This document shows, piece after piece, positions 36,100-45,302 of a DNA stretch of 57,301 bases (positions within the stretch are counted from its first letter, which is position 1; each line of letters starts with the position of its first letter). The notes beneath the pieces are model-generated. The model did not search any database and was not told where the DNA came from. It saw only the letters and a list, made by a program, of their open reading frames with translations. The stretch is taken from IMG/VR virus record IMGVR_UViG_3300043496_000172, positions 1 through 57,301 of that record; one strand, written 5' to 3'. Position numbers and translations under genes: made by a program. This DNA comes from a virus. Its lineage: Duplodnaviria; Caudoviricetes.

Positions 36100-38451
36100 T
36101 TAGTCCTCCATCAATTCGGCGAGCCGCAAGCCCCGGTCTTCCTGAGCCTGCATTTCTCGCAGCTTTGATAGAACGCCTACCGCCAGCGCATCCATATCCA
36201 CGATCGGTACGTCATCCCGGCCGGTGATACCGAAGTTCGGCATCTCGTATGCGGGTGGAATGTCATCCTCTGGATAGACGACGCCGGCTGCTACGAGCGC
36301 GAACTGTTCGTCACCGTCCATCGCGTAGACGGGGAACGCCGGGACGTTAACCGCGAGTGCGGCCGTAAGTTCCAGGTGACCGTCAACTCCTCGCCAGTCG
36401 CCGGAAATGGGAGAACGACGAAGCTTTGCAACTTTTCGGGGGGTGGCATCTGGGACGACAGCTCCGGCAACCCAAATACCGAAAGCATCTTCACCCGCCC
36501 GGACAACCGCCACCTCGTCCCCGGTGTCGTCGTAATGAATCGCTGCTGACGCATATCCCATTCGAATGTCAGCATGCCGGGTGTCCTGGACAATTTTTCC
36601 TACCTTCACCGTGTCACCTTCGGCGGTCACCACGGAGCCTAGGTGGAACGGGGCATACTCCTTGAAACTCTTCGGAGCCAGGACACACGCCTTGTTCGTG
36701 ACATCGCGGTGGCATTCATTCCAGGCAGCGAGGTGGCCGTACACCTGCCCGGCGGCAGTGATTGTCAGCGCTGTCTTCTCTGGCAGCTGGGGGTCCTCGA
36801 ACCAGGTTTTCGACGGCGCCAACGGGAAGTAGGTTTCCGGCTCGGCTCCGTCAGCGTTGTATTCCAGGCTGTGTTCACTCTTCGGGCGCAGGTCAGCTTT
36901 CACTGTTTCATCACTAGGGCCACCGATGCCGAATTTCTTCATGGCCTGCTGGATCCGTTCCTTGATGATCTTCAGCTGCTCCGGGGTGTACTCGGAGGCG
37001 TTGTCGGCGACATTGATATATCCCCATGCAGCTCGGACACGTTCCGCAGTGTCAATGGGATAGCGCTTCTTGTTGTCTCGGTAGCCGGGGTCTGCGTACT
37101 TCACATCCCCATACGGCTCCTGCTTTCCTGCCATAGCGAACTGCTGCCCTTCATTTTCTGGACGATCCCACGGAGCCCGCAGGCTGGAGTCGTTGAACTC
37201 CGCAGCCATCACCTTGTACATGTCACTGATGACGTTACGGATCTTGTTCTTATCGTCTTCAGACACAGAAGGCAGACCACCATGGGCACCAGAAATCAGA
37301 GCAGCCGCCGCATAAATGGCGTGGAAGACGAGGGTCAATTCGCCGTTGACGATGTCGCCTACCGGCATCCGATACGACTGGGTCTGCGTTTCCGGGAGGC
37401 GGGGATCCCGCCAGAGGAACGCTCGGTGGAGCTTAGCGAGATCAGCACCCTCGGCGTTGACCTGAGCCCAGGCTGCGATTCTTTTGACCGCGTCGTCATT
37501 ATCGAAAACGAGATCACGAGGTGCGAGGGCGAGACCCTCCCACCCGGATGGGTTAACCGTGTAAGTTTCGCCTTCGCCCACTGTCGCTGAATGCCCGCAG
37601 CCGCAGCCACCGTTACCACTGATGGCTTCGGGGGTTCCGATGGTGATGGACATGGGATCCATGTCGGGGTCGTCATCGTCCCAGTCTTCATCACCCATGT
37701 TCTTCAACTGCATCCCCTCAAAGGCTGCTGTTGAGACCAAGGTGACGCCGCCGATGACGTACTGGCTGGTGTATTCCCCGCCGTTGGCCGGGTTTACGGA
37801 AGCAACAACGCGACCGCCGGGATCCACGCTGGCCCCGACGATTCCCTGGTCCACCATGTACTGGGCGATCTTCGACTCGGGCACCATGTCTTCGTCGAGC
37901 CAGTCACCCCAACCCCAGGCGTAATCACTGTTGTTGTGATCAGGACCGTAGGTCAGTCCGAGGATCCGGCCGACAGTTACGGCACCTTCGTGGGCTTGGG
38001 CGTCAGCCTTCCGCCACTTCAACGGCAGCGGCAGCGGGCGGTGACTGAACGCTCCGGGTTCGAATACCCGCATGCGTCGAGGCTCGGCAGTGGGAACACC
38101 GATAGGTGCAACAGGTCCCATCCACAGTCGTTTCCCAAGTTGCGGCTGTGATGCGAGGAGCTGAGCAGCAGCTACCAGCGACAGCTCCAACCCAGAGTCG
38201 TGGTCCAGGTCCGCAGAGTGTCCATGCTTCTTCGGTTCCAGCGAGCCGTGACCAGGGGGACCACCGGTCGCCTTCGTATGGAGGATGTTGCATAGTCCCT
38301 CCGGGTTCGTCGGAAAGTACTTGGTGAGCGCACGGACACAGCGCTTGAAGTCGCCAGGTACGTTCCAGCGAATCTTCACCGCGCCCTTACCGGCTAGCCA
38401 GTACCGCTGAAGCGCAATCGGCATCCCGCGTTCCGGGTTCGGGTCCACCAT
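36100..38451 (-). CDS. Capsid maturation protease (multi-domain)
   Basis: RPLPLPL...HEGAVTVGRI, GASVD, TLVSTAAF; C-terminal GHLAAW..CH, GEDAFGIWVAG, SGDWR. Confidence 0.8.
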   Translation of the reverse strand: MVDPNPERGMPIALQRYWLAGKGAVKIRWNVPGDFKRCVRALTKYFPTNPEGLCNILHTKATGGPPGHGSLEPKKHGHSADLDHDSGLELSLVAAAQLLASQPQLGKRLWMGPVAPIGVPTAEPRRMRVFEPGAFSHRPLPLPLKWRKADAQAHEGAVTVGRILGLTYGPDHNNSDYAWGWGDWLDEDMVPESKIAQYMVDQGIVGASVDPGGRVVASVNPANGGEYTSQYVIGGVTLVSTAAFEGMQLKNMGDEDWDDDDPDMDPMSITIGTPEAISGNGGCGCGHSATVGEGETYTVNPSGWEGLALAPRDLVFDNDDAVKRIAAWAQVNAEGADLAKLHRAFLWRDPRLPETQTQSYRMPVGDIVNGELTLVFHAIYAAAALISGAHGGLPSVSEDDKNKIRNVISDMYKVMAAEFNDSSLRAPWDRPENEGQQFAMAGKQEPYGDVKYADPGYRDNKKRYPIDTAERVRAAWGYINVADNASEYTPEQLKIIKERIQQAMKKFGIGGPSDETVKADLRPKSEHSLEYNADGAEPETYFPLAPSKTWFEDPQLPEKTALTITAAGQVYGHLAAWNECHRDVTNKACVLAPKSFKEYAPFHLGSVVTAEGDTVKVGKIVQDTRHADIRMGYASAAIHYDDTGDEVAVVRAGEDAFGIWVAGAVVPDATPRKVAKLRRSPISGDWRGVDGHLELTAALAVNVPAFPVYAMDGDEQFALVAAGVVYPEDDIPPAYEMPNFGITGRDDVPIVDMDALAVGVLSKLREMQAQEDRGLRLAELMED

Positions 38452-39173
38452 TACCGTCCCCCTTCGTTCACGATGACCAGATCACATCGACAGTTGATGA
38501 CTTCGTCAGCGGAGCCCGTCGGGTCACCCGGAAACATGAGCATGTCGTTGCCGACCCGGAATGGCTGGTACAACGGAACAGTGGTGCCGTCTACCGCTCG
38601 GTGCTCGGCTCGGACCCGGTCGTCATGTTCGGTGCGCCAACGCTTCTGTAGAAGTCGGCCAGTGACCCGAGACTGTTCCAAGCCCGCAGCAGTAGTTCCA
38701 GCTCCATAAGCACGGGTGGTCTCGGTGACTGCGATAACTCGTGCGCGATTTGTCCAGCGTTCAGATCCACTCGTTGCAAGAACGGAATCAACGCGTTCTG
38801 CAATGCGAGGCACGTTCTCACCTGAGTTGACTCCATCAGCGATCTCCGCAAAGACGAGGTTGTATACCTCGTCCGGGATTCGCACGAGGAAATTCTGAGT
38901 CTGCGCCAACTGAGCCATAACGAAAGAGTGCCGGGATACCGGTGGCACATCTGTCGCCTCACTCCAGGCGCCCATCGCAATCTGGCCGATGGTGCTCAGA
39001 ATCGTGTCAGTGTCCCAGCTGTCCTGCGCCTGGTACACGCCCGTTGCATCAGGCATGCCGCCCCAGTCCCGGAACGGGGCCAGGACTTTGTCGCGGGCAG
39101 CGTTGATGAACCGGTCGAGCGCTCGCTTCACTACACCGAAAAGGTTCTTCTCATTTTGATCACGGGTCGGCAT
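38451..39173 (-). CDS. MuF/gp7-like minor head protein
   Basis: RARVIAVTE, KRW...DDRVRAEH...DG, FPGDP...EVINCRC. Confidence 0.9.
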   Translation of the reverse strand: MPTRDQNEKNLFGVVKRALDRFINAARDKVLAPFRDWGGMPDATGVYQAQDSWDTDTILSTIGQIAMGAWSEATDVPPVSRHSFVMAQLAQTQNFLVRIPDEVYNLVFAEIADGVNSGENVPRIAERVDSVLATSGSERWTNRARVIAVTETTRAYGAGTTAAGLEQSRVTGRLLQKRWRTEHDDRVRAEHRAVDGTTVPLYQPFRVGNDMLMFPGDPTGSADEVINCRCDLVIVNEGGR

Positions 39174-41070
39174 GAGTGAACCCTCGGTGTAGCGCGGCCA
39201 GGAGTAGGCGAGGCTCATGCTCCAGGCCACGTTCCAGCAGCATGGAGCAGTAGCGGTGCAAGGTAACGGCTAGCTCCTCGTTTTCCTCTGCTTCACCGAG
39301 GTACACGGTCAGGTGATCCCAGGCCCCTTGAAGCAGCTTCGAGGCACCACCGACCGGAATAGCGACCTTGGTGTGCAAGGAATACACCGGAACGTCCGAA
39401 TGGGTTCGGTGATGATTGCCCACCAGCCTCTTCCCGGCCACTTCCAGTGCCCGGATGACAGCAACGTTGAGTACCCGGAACGTGGCATCGTCTACCCCTG
39501 GGCCAGCAGCTGCGGTGATACCCGGTGGCTGGCTGGCGTTACTGGTGATCGGACCACCTGGTGTGGAGATGGCGGAACTATCCTGCGGCATGGGCTCGGG
39601 ACCGGTTGGCTGGATCCCGGTCGGGGGTGCTGGCGGTGGAGGCGGACCCGCTCCAGGTTGCCCGGGCTGGGCAATGACAGTGTTCGCCGGCAGGATCGAC
39701 TCGGAGATACCGGCGGCCTTGCGTACGGCCGGGTTCTGGAACAGGTTCGGGTCCCGCTCCATGAGGGTCCGGATGAATTTCCGGGTGTCTTCTTCCTCGC
39801 TGGGCTTGTCGGTGAGAGCGAAGTCGCCGGCAAGAATGACCGCTTCGTCGGAGATGATGCCTTTCTCGTTCAGGTTGAGGGCATCTTTCAACCGTTCCGG
39901 GCGTACCGTCAGCGGTGCTGTGTCGTACCAGAAGACGTACCGTTCCGGGTCTTCCTTGATGGCCTTCAGCGCTGGACCGAGATACGCATGCGTGAGGGCG
40001 TCACAGATCCGAGTCATGAGAGGCTCGATATGGATCTTGATGTTCGCTTCCTCGACGTGCCAGGCGCTCCAGTGGTTACTGTCCCCCGTGCCGGTAAGGA
40101 TCTCTGGAGCTATATCCATGGCCAGGGCGAACCGTCGGATTGCTTCTGCCCGAAGCTCAAGTGCCTGCTTACTGAGTTCGGAACCGAAGCTGATCAGCTC
40201 GATCTTCCCGAGGGCATCTGCTGGCATCTCTACGAACATGGGCACTACCCCGGCCGCTGTTCCCTCACCCTTGAGGCTTCGGGAACCTGCCTTCATCATC
40301 GCCTGGGTAAGACCCTCGGCTCCGGGGATGGAGACTTCGTTCCCGTCATCTGGAAAAGAAGCTTCCTTCGGAATCGGGACCATGCCAGCGGAAACCAGGC
40401 GGCTGTCAATCTGAGCGAAAACGTAGCGGGTTAGCCGCTCGATCTCCCACAGCATCGGCATCGCAGCCCGGGTCGGGGAATCAGCCCAGAGGCTTCGGCG
40501 AGGATGTGGTGTCCAGACCCGGATGACGATGTCCTTATCAAGATCCAGAACATCCTGCGTTCCATCCGGATACAGCTGATACACATTGCCACGCCAACGT
40601 TTCAGCTCCGAACAGCTGACCACATACCACTGGTCAGCATCCTGATCCCGGACTGCTCCACGCCCCACGATGTAGCAGTCCCCGGCCACCGTCAGGTTGA
40701 TGGCGAGCATCCGCATCGCCTCAGACATCGCCGCCGGGGAACCGAACAGGTTCTCCGCGATCGCAGCGACCTTCGCCTTCTTGGTCTCCTGCTGTACGCG
40801 CCCGTTCTTGTCAACATCAGCGACATATACGCGCACCCGAGAACACGCCGACCCGACCCAGTTCGTCGCGAACCGAAGCTCACCGATGATGTCGTACAGC
40901 CGCCACACTTCCTGCTGCCAGGAATCGTCACCGAACTTGTACGTCTGCCAGCCGAGCCCCTCCAGGTTTCGGATACGGGCAGCAGAAGCAATCAACGGTT
41001 CCAGAATCGACTCGTGGTTTTCCGGCTCCGGTTCGGCAACTGGTGGCTTCGGCCGGCGGAATCCTGCCAT
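39160..41070 (-). CDS. Portal protein
   Basis: WQQEVWRLYDIIGELRF, RVWTPHP, ADSP, LAMDIAPEIL.G, NHWSAW. Confidence 0.9.
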   Translation of the reverse strand: MAGFRRPKPPVAEPEPENHESILEPLIASAARIRNLEGLGWQTYKFGDDSWQQEVWRLYDIIGELRFATNWVGSACSRVRVYVADVDKNGRVQQETKKAKVAAIAENLFGSPAAMSEAMRMLAINLTVAGDCYIVGRGAVRDQDADQWYVVSCSELKRWRGNVYQLYPDGTQDVLDLDKDIVIRVWTPHPRRSLWADSPTRAAMPMLWEIERLTRYVFAQIDSRLVSAGMVPIPKEASFPDDGNEVSIPGAEGLTQAMMKAGSRSLKGEGTAAGVVPMFVEMPADALGKIELISFGSELSKQALELRAEAIRRFALAMDIAPEILTGTGDSNHWSAWHVEEANIKIHIEPLMTRICDALTHAYLGPALKAIKEDPERYVFWYDTAPLTVRPERLKDALNLNEKGIISDEAVILAGDFALTDKPSEEEDTRKFIRTLMERDPNLFQNPAVRKAAGISESILPANTVIAQPGQPGAGPPPPPAPPTGIQPTGPEPMPQDSSAISTPGGPITSNASQPPGITAAAGPGVDDATFRVLNVAVIRALEVAGKRLVGNHHRTHSDVPVYSLHTKVAIPVGGASKLLQGAWDHLTVYLGEAEENEELAVTLHRYCSMLLERGLEHEPRLLLAALHRGFTHADP

Positions 41071-41075
41071 GTGCG

Positions 41076-41366
41076 CTACTCCCTGTCAGCCGCTCGAAGA
41101 ATCAATGCGCACGCCATTGACCCGGCCGGGATAGAGAGCACAGCCAGGAACCAGACGGGGTGCCAGTAATAAACGACAGGAAGCAGGATCGAAAACCACA
41201 TCGACAGGCACCACGGCGCACAGAGAATGAGTTTCGAAATCCAGGCGGAGGTTCCGAAGCGGTTCAGGATGGCGCGACGGAACGGAAGAGTGAGGGCGTC
41301 CTCAGCGATGAGACGGCTCATGCGCGCTGCTGCGAGCGTGGCCGTGATCAAAGCGAGTATAAGCAC
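41076..41366 (-). CDS. DUF1360-like membrane protein
   Basis: ARMSRLIAED...PFR...CAPWCLSMW; typical position before portal. Confidence 0.75.
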   Translation of the reverse strand: MLILALITATLAAARMSRLIAEDALTLPFRRAILNRFGTSAWISKLILCAPWCLSMWFSILLPVVYYWHPVWFLAVLSIPAGSMACALILRAADRE

Positions 41367-41424
41367 GTCTCATACTCTAATGGTTCTTACTGCGCAAGGG
41401 ATACATGCGGAACAGTTTGGACAG

Positions 41425-41454
41425 TTGCCACCGTCTCCGCCCCAGGGGTAGGGT
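41425..41454 (+). promoter_or_regulatory. Putative SigA-type promoter TTGCCA-18-TAGGGT with CCCCAGGGG, pointing into array 5
   Basis: Matches TTGNNN/TANNNT; array starts about 10 nt downstream. Confidence 0.65.
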
Positions 41455-41463
41455 GCAGAGGTT

Positions 41464-42319
41464 CGACCTGACCCTTCTTCTCAGCGTCTACCCGACCCCG
41501 GTCACACCGACTCACCTACCCAGCACACCCCATCCGACCCTGTCAGTCGACTCGCCGGCCCTCCTTCACCTCTGACTAGCCCTCTCTGCTCCAGTCCGAT
41601 CCGTTCGACTCTCCTTTTCCCTGCCATTTCCAACCGCTTCCTACGACTGCCTCTTCCAGTTCGGATCGACCCTGTCAGTCGACACTGTGGCCCATACCCG
41701 CTCGTTGTCCTCTCGCATCTTCCGACCGAGCACTCCACCTCACCACCGTCTCCTCTCACCTATCGATCGACTGCCCTCTTCGCCCCCTTTCCTTCTGACG
41801 ACACGTCTCAACCCCCTCCATGCACACGCCGACTACACCCAGCCTCTCGTATCCCATCTATGCCTATCGACAAATCAGCTCGTATCCATACCCATCCCAT
41901 CGACGAATCAGATCGCCTCGCAGCTGCCCAACCGACACGCCGTGCCGTTCTCCGACCGCTCCGCACTGACATTCCACTTCATCCTCATCTCGGCGCGGTC
42001 CCGATCCGACGGAGCGCATCACCTCGCAACCGTTTCTGACCCGTCCCACCTCTGCTGACTTCCCCGGTCACCCCTGAGCACTTCCATTGACAAACCCGCA
42101 CGTATCAGTCCTCCTCGACTTCGCACGTCATGCTCGCCTCTCGTCACTTCAGCTGACTCTTCTGCCGGCCACTTCCCACGCCAGCTCTCCCGACCTGCCG
42201 TTACGCAACTTCCCTGCCCAGTCCAGCATCCCTGCCGACTTCCCACCGACCTCTCACCTCCGACGACGATGCGATCCCGGTCATCAACTTCCCGCATCGC
42301 CTCGACCACCCAGTCCCTC
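41464..42319 (+). ncRNA. Pentamer array 5, about 28-30 units, antisense to the structural operon
   Basis: 41830-41904: cGAC tacaC ccagC ctctC gtatC ccatC tatgC ctatC GAC aaatC agctC gtatC cataC ccatC ccatC GAC. Confidence 0.8.
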
Positions 42320-44584
42320 TCAACCCAGTCCCCCCCACTGTGGTTGAAGATTCGACAGGTCGTAGTACGACTGATCCAGGTTCCACTCTTGCGAGGAAGG
42401 GCTAGCGATTCTCATGATGCGACGTTCACCGGCCATCAGATGCAGTACGCCGTGAACCATGGCATCCATGCGGTCTGGCGACTCCCGAGTGGACTCGGGA
42501 GCGAAGATGACCATTTCATTTTCGAGTTCATCCCACTCGCCGACGAGGTGGAGTTTTCCTTGCTCACAACGCATGGCAACTGGTTCGGCTCTTGTCCGTT
42601 TGCCATGTTTCGCATGCACAGCTTTCATTGAAGGAGTGCTATGTTCAGGGAACAGTCCGAGGTTCATCGATTCTTTGAAGGCATCCTCCAGAACCTCAGC
42701 CAGATACCGTTTACCAAGGTTCTCTTCATAAACCAGAATGTCAGCGTTCCACTTGGCTACTGCCCGCCACGCTGCAAGAGCTGCTGTTCGACCACTCTGC
42801 TCAACGGAGGCGTCTTCAAGTACATAAATGTCGTTGTTCACGGTCCGCGCGACTACCACGATGCCGAACAGGTCGTCTTCTCCTGTCAGGTTCGGGTCAA
42901 CACCAACCACGGTCGAGATGATGTCCTCGGGGATCACGGTCACCCGGCCTCGGATTATGTCCATCCGTTTGAATAGGCCACCGACACCAAGCTCCAACAG
43001 TTTCCCGTACAGCTCCTGCTGGCCAAGGTCCGTGTCCGCATACCGGATCTTCAGTTCCCGCAGGACATGCGAGGACAGGTTCATCGCGTTGTCGAACGTG
43101 GAACCACCCATCACGTGGATCGTCCCGTCGTCCCGCTTCACCCACTCCTGCAACAGCTTGATCGGTTTCGGGGTAGTGGTGGCGAAGCAGCGAGGATGGT
43201 CGTCGATCAGGTCGGTACGCAAGGAAGGAAGGATCCCCTCATACCAGCTCTCATACGACTTCGGCCATTTGCAGTTATGTACCAGGAGACCGCCCGCGAA
43301 GAACTGCGGAACTCCCTGCACAGTCAGGTCATAGACCGGAACTGGATGGCAGCCCTTGTGCACGGCGACGACGCGCGTCGGCTTGCCGACGTCCGGCGAA
43401 TCGGCCTGCACACAGAGGGGTGCAGTACTTTGCTCGCATACCTGTGCTGAAAAATGTTTCGCCACATTCTGCGCACACCACTGCCCGGGGTTGTCGCTGT
43501 GTCCACATGTTTCGCAGCCCCCGACTCGTTCGATCAGATCGGTCAGCCACCCAGGCAGCGTCGGTTCTACTGATGGCAGTGAGTCTGCGGTGCTCTGAGA
43601 CGGTGAGGCATTCGAGGTTGTCCGGCCGGTTGTCCCAGCGCTTCCCGTTGATGTGGTTGATCTCGTGGTCTGCTGGGATTTCTCCGTAGAGCTTGGCCCA
43701 GAGACTTCGGTGGAGCAGGGATCCGCTGCGGTTGAGGTGGTATCCCATGCGTTTGTTGAAGTACCAGCGTTCGCCGTCCCAGTCGTAGAAGGCTGGCGCT
43801 TCGCTGGGTACTGGTTCTTTTGCGGAAGCCATGTCACCATGGTATCGCCAGGTTGTACCTGATCTGCGCGGATCCAGCCGTGCTCCTCGGTCCATACACG
43901 ATGATTCGGCGTGACTGTGACGGCGGCATCTTCGGTCAGGAGAACCAGAACTTCGGCTGACTTCTCAGTGAGTCCAGCGGATTGGACCCGACGGTAGCCA
44001 TGGAGAGTCGTAACGTAATCCTGCGTAGTAACGCATTCGATCGGAACAACGCCTCGGTCGGTGGCGATAGCGGATCCGTAGGCGATGCAGATCTCGTCTA
44101 CCCAAGCACCCGCAGCGTTGTATCCACGCCCTACGTCTTCGTCATCCGCGCCCTCGGCGTAGATCCTGGAGCCGTTCGGGAACAAGACCATCGGCCTCGG
44201 GGACTGCTTGTACCGGAAGTCGACCCCACGACGGGTAAGTACACGCAGGAGCCCAGCTGGTCCCTCCATACAGATGGTGCGTGTATCCGCGAGCGTTTCC
44301 CCAATCAAGAGCCATTCCGTTGGTTGCTGGTTTCGGTCGAATGGGTGCTGAAGAACTTTCTCTACGAGCCATTCGGCTCCAGCTCGACTCTTTCCCCATC
44401 CTCGGCCGGCGAGTGCGAGTGCAACGAGCCAGTTTCCCGGTGGTGGCACCTGCTCGGGACGTGACACCCACCACCATTCACCTCGGTTGATTTCTTCAAC
44501 GAGTTGGAGGGGCAAGGATTCCAGCCAGTCCAAGCGCTCGCGCTCTGGAAGCAGGGCTACTCGTTGCGCGGCAGATAGGGACAT
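42320..44584 (-). CDS. terL: Terminase large subunit (intein-containing)
   Basis: Walker A AGRGWGKSR, Walker B WVDE, TTTPKP, QELYG, VGVDP, SPDRMDA. Confidence 0.95.
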   Translation of the reverse strand: MSLSAAQRVALLPERERLDWLESLPLQLVEEINRGEWWWVSRPEQVPPPGNWLVALALAGRGWGKSRAGAEWLVEKVLQHPFDRNQQPTEWLLIGETLADTRTICMEGPAGLLRVLTRRGVDFRYKQSPRPMVLFPNGSRIYAEGADDEDVGRGYNAAGAWVDEICIAYGSAIATDRGVVPIECVTTQDYVTTLHGYRRVQSAGLTEKSAEVLVLLTEDAAVTVTPNHRVWTEEHGWIRADQVQPGDTMVTWLPQKNQYPAKRQPSTTGTANAGTSTNAWDTTSTAADPCSTEVSGPSSTEKSQQTTRSTTSTGSAGTTGRTTSNASPSQSTADSLPSVEPTLPGWLTDLIERVGGCETCGHSDNPGQWCAQNVAKHFSAQVCEQSTAPLCVQADSPDVGKPTRVVAVHKGCHPVPVYDLTVQGVPQFFAGGLLVHNCKWPKSYESWYEGILPSLRTDLIDDHPRCFATTTPKPIKLLQEWVKRDDGTIHVMGGSTFDNAMNLSSHVLRELKIRYADTDLGQQELYGKLLELGVGGLFKRMDIIRGRVTVIPEDIISTVVGVDPNLTGEDDLFGIVVVARTVNNDIYVLEDASVEQSGRTAALAAWRAVAKWNADILVYEENLGKRYLAEVLEDAFKESMNLGLFPEHSTPSMKAVHAKHGKRTRAEPVAMRCEQGKLHLVGEWDELENEMVIFAPESTRESPDRMDAMVHGVLHLMAGERRIMRIASPSSQEWNLDQSYYDLSNLQPQWGGLG
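43274..44089 (-). mobile_element. Intein (272 aa) inserted just after Walker B
   Basis: Starts CIAYGSAIAT; block B VTPNHRVW; ends VYDLTV...FFAGGLLVHN followed by +1 Cys. Confidence 0.93.
43329..43832 (-). CDS. HNH homing endonuclease nested out of frame within the intein
   Basis: LLHRSLW...GEIP...EINHINGKRWDNRPDNLECL...H; C-terminal CAEC...YCTPLC. Confidence 0.85.
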   Translation of the reverse strand: MASAKEPVPSEAPAFYDWDGERWYFNKRMGYHLNRSGSLLHRSLWAKLYGEIPADHEINHINGKRWDNRPDNLECLTVSEHRRLTAISRTDAAWVADRSDRTSRGLRNMWTQRQPRAVVCAECGETFFSTGMRAKYCTPLCAGRFAGRRQADARRRRAQGLPSSSGL

Positions 44585-44623
44585 GTGTCCACATTAGGAC
44601 TACCTGGTCCGTAAAAGAATCAC

Positions 44624-44652
44624 TTGCAATTTACCCCAGGGGTGGGTACGGT
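44624..44652 (+). promoter_or_regulatory. Putative promoter TTGCAA-17-TACGGT with CCCCAGGGG
   Basis: Divergent intergenic region between terL and L28. Confidence 0.65.
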
Positions 44653-44684
44653 GGAGCTACCACGGAAACCGAAGGGATCCCTTG

Positions 44685-44900
44685 ATGTCAGGAACCTGCG
44701 ACACCTGCAATAAAGGACCAGGTTTCGGCAACCGCGTCTCCCGACTCGGACGCAACGCACTGAAGCGCAAGGTAAAGAAGCGAGCGCCCCGAATGTTCCG
44801 AGCCAACATCCAGACGGTTCACACCGTCGTCAACGGAGCCCGTAAGCGTCTGCGTATCTGCACCTCCTGCCTCAAGAAGGGAGTCCACAGCGGTGCCTGA
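44685..44900 (+). CDS. rpmB: Ribosomal protein bL28 (Zn-binding type)
   Basis: CDTCNKGPGFGNRVS...RMFRANIQTV...RLRICTSCLKKG matches actinobacterial L28 motifs. Confidence 0.88.
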   Translation: MSGTCDTCNKGPGFGNRVSRLGRNALKRKVKKRAPRMFRANIQTVHTVVNGARKRLRICTSCLKKGVHSGA

Positions 44901-45112
44901 ACCAGACCGTAAGTCAGATCTGGATCGGATCAAAAAGGAACAGGACGCTGACAAGGCGAAGGCAGAAAAGGACCGCAAGAAGGACAAGTAGACGTGCACC
45001 TGGTGCGAATTGTTACGGTTACTTCATTTTGCGAATAAACCCGTAACTGATCTGATCTCAGGTGCCGGACCAGACCGAGCTTGACTTCCAACATGCTCGG
45101 TCTGGTCCACCC

Positions 45113-45186
45113 GGGTCTATAGCTCAATGGGAACGAGCCCGGAACTTTTTTGACCGGAGATGTGGGTTCAAATCCCACTGGATCCA
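45113..45186 (+). tRNA. tRNA-Lys(TTT)-like with atypical anticodon arm
   Basis: Acceptor GGGTCTA/TGGATCC; D-stem GCTC/GAGC; T-arm GTGGG-TTCAAAT-CCCAC; anticodon loop CTTTTTT; no encoded CCA. Confidence 0.75.
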
Positions 45187-45302
45187 CGAGGCAGGGCGGC
45201 ATGGCCACGAAGAAACTGTGATAAGTCGCAGCATCTTCGACCGATCCGCGAGCGTGTCCCCCGTATACCGGAGCCGCCCTGCTTCACCAGGAAAGGGAAC
45301 CC

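Noticed and set aside
41502-42386. Several short ORFs on both strands between terL and portal
   Set aside because: Low-complexity translations of array 5
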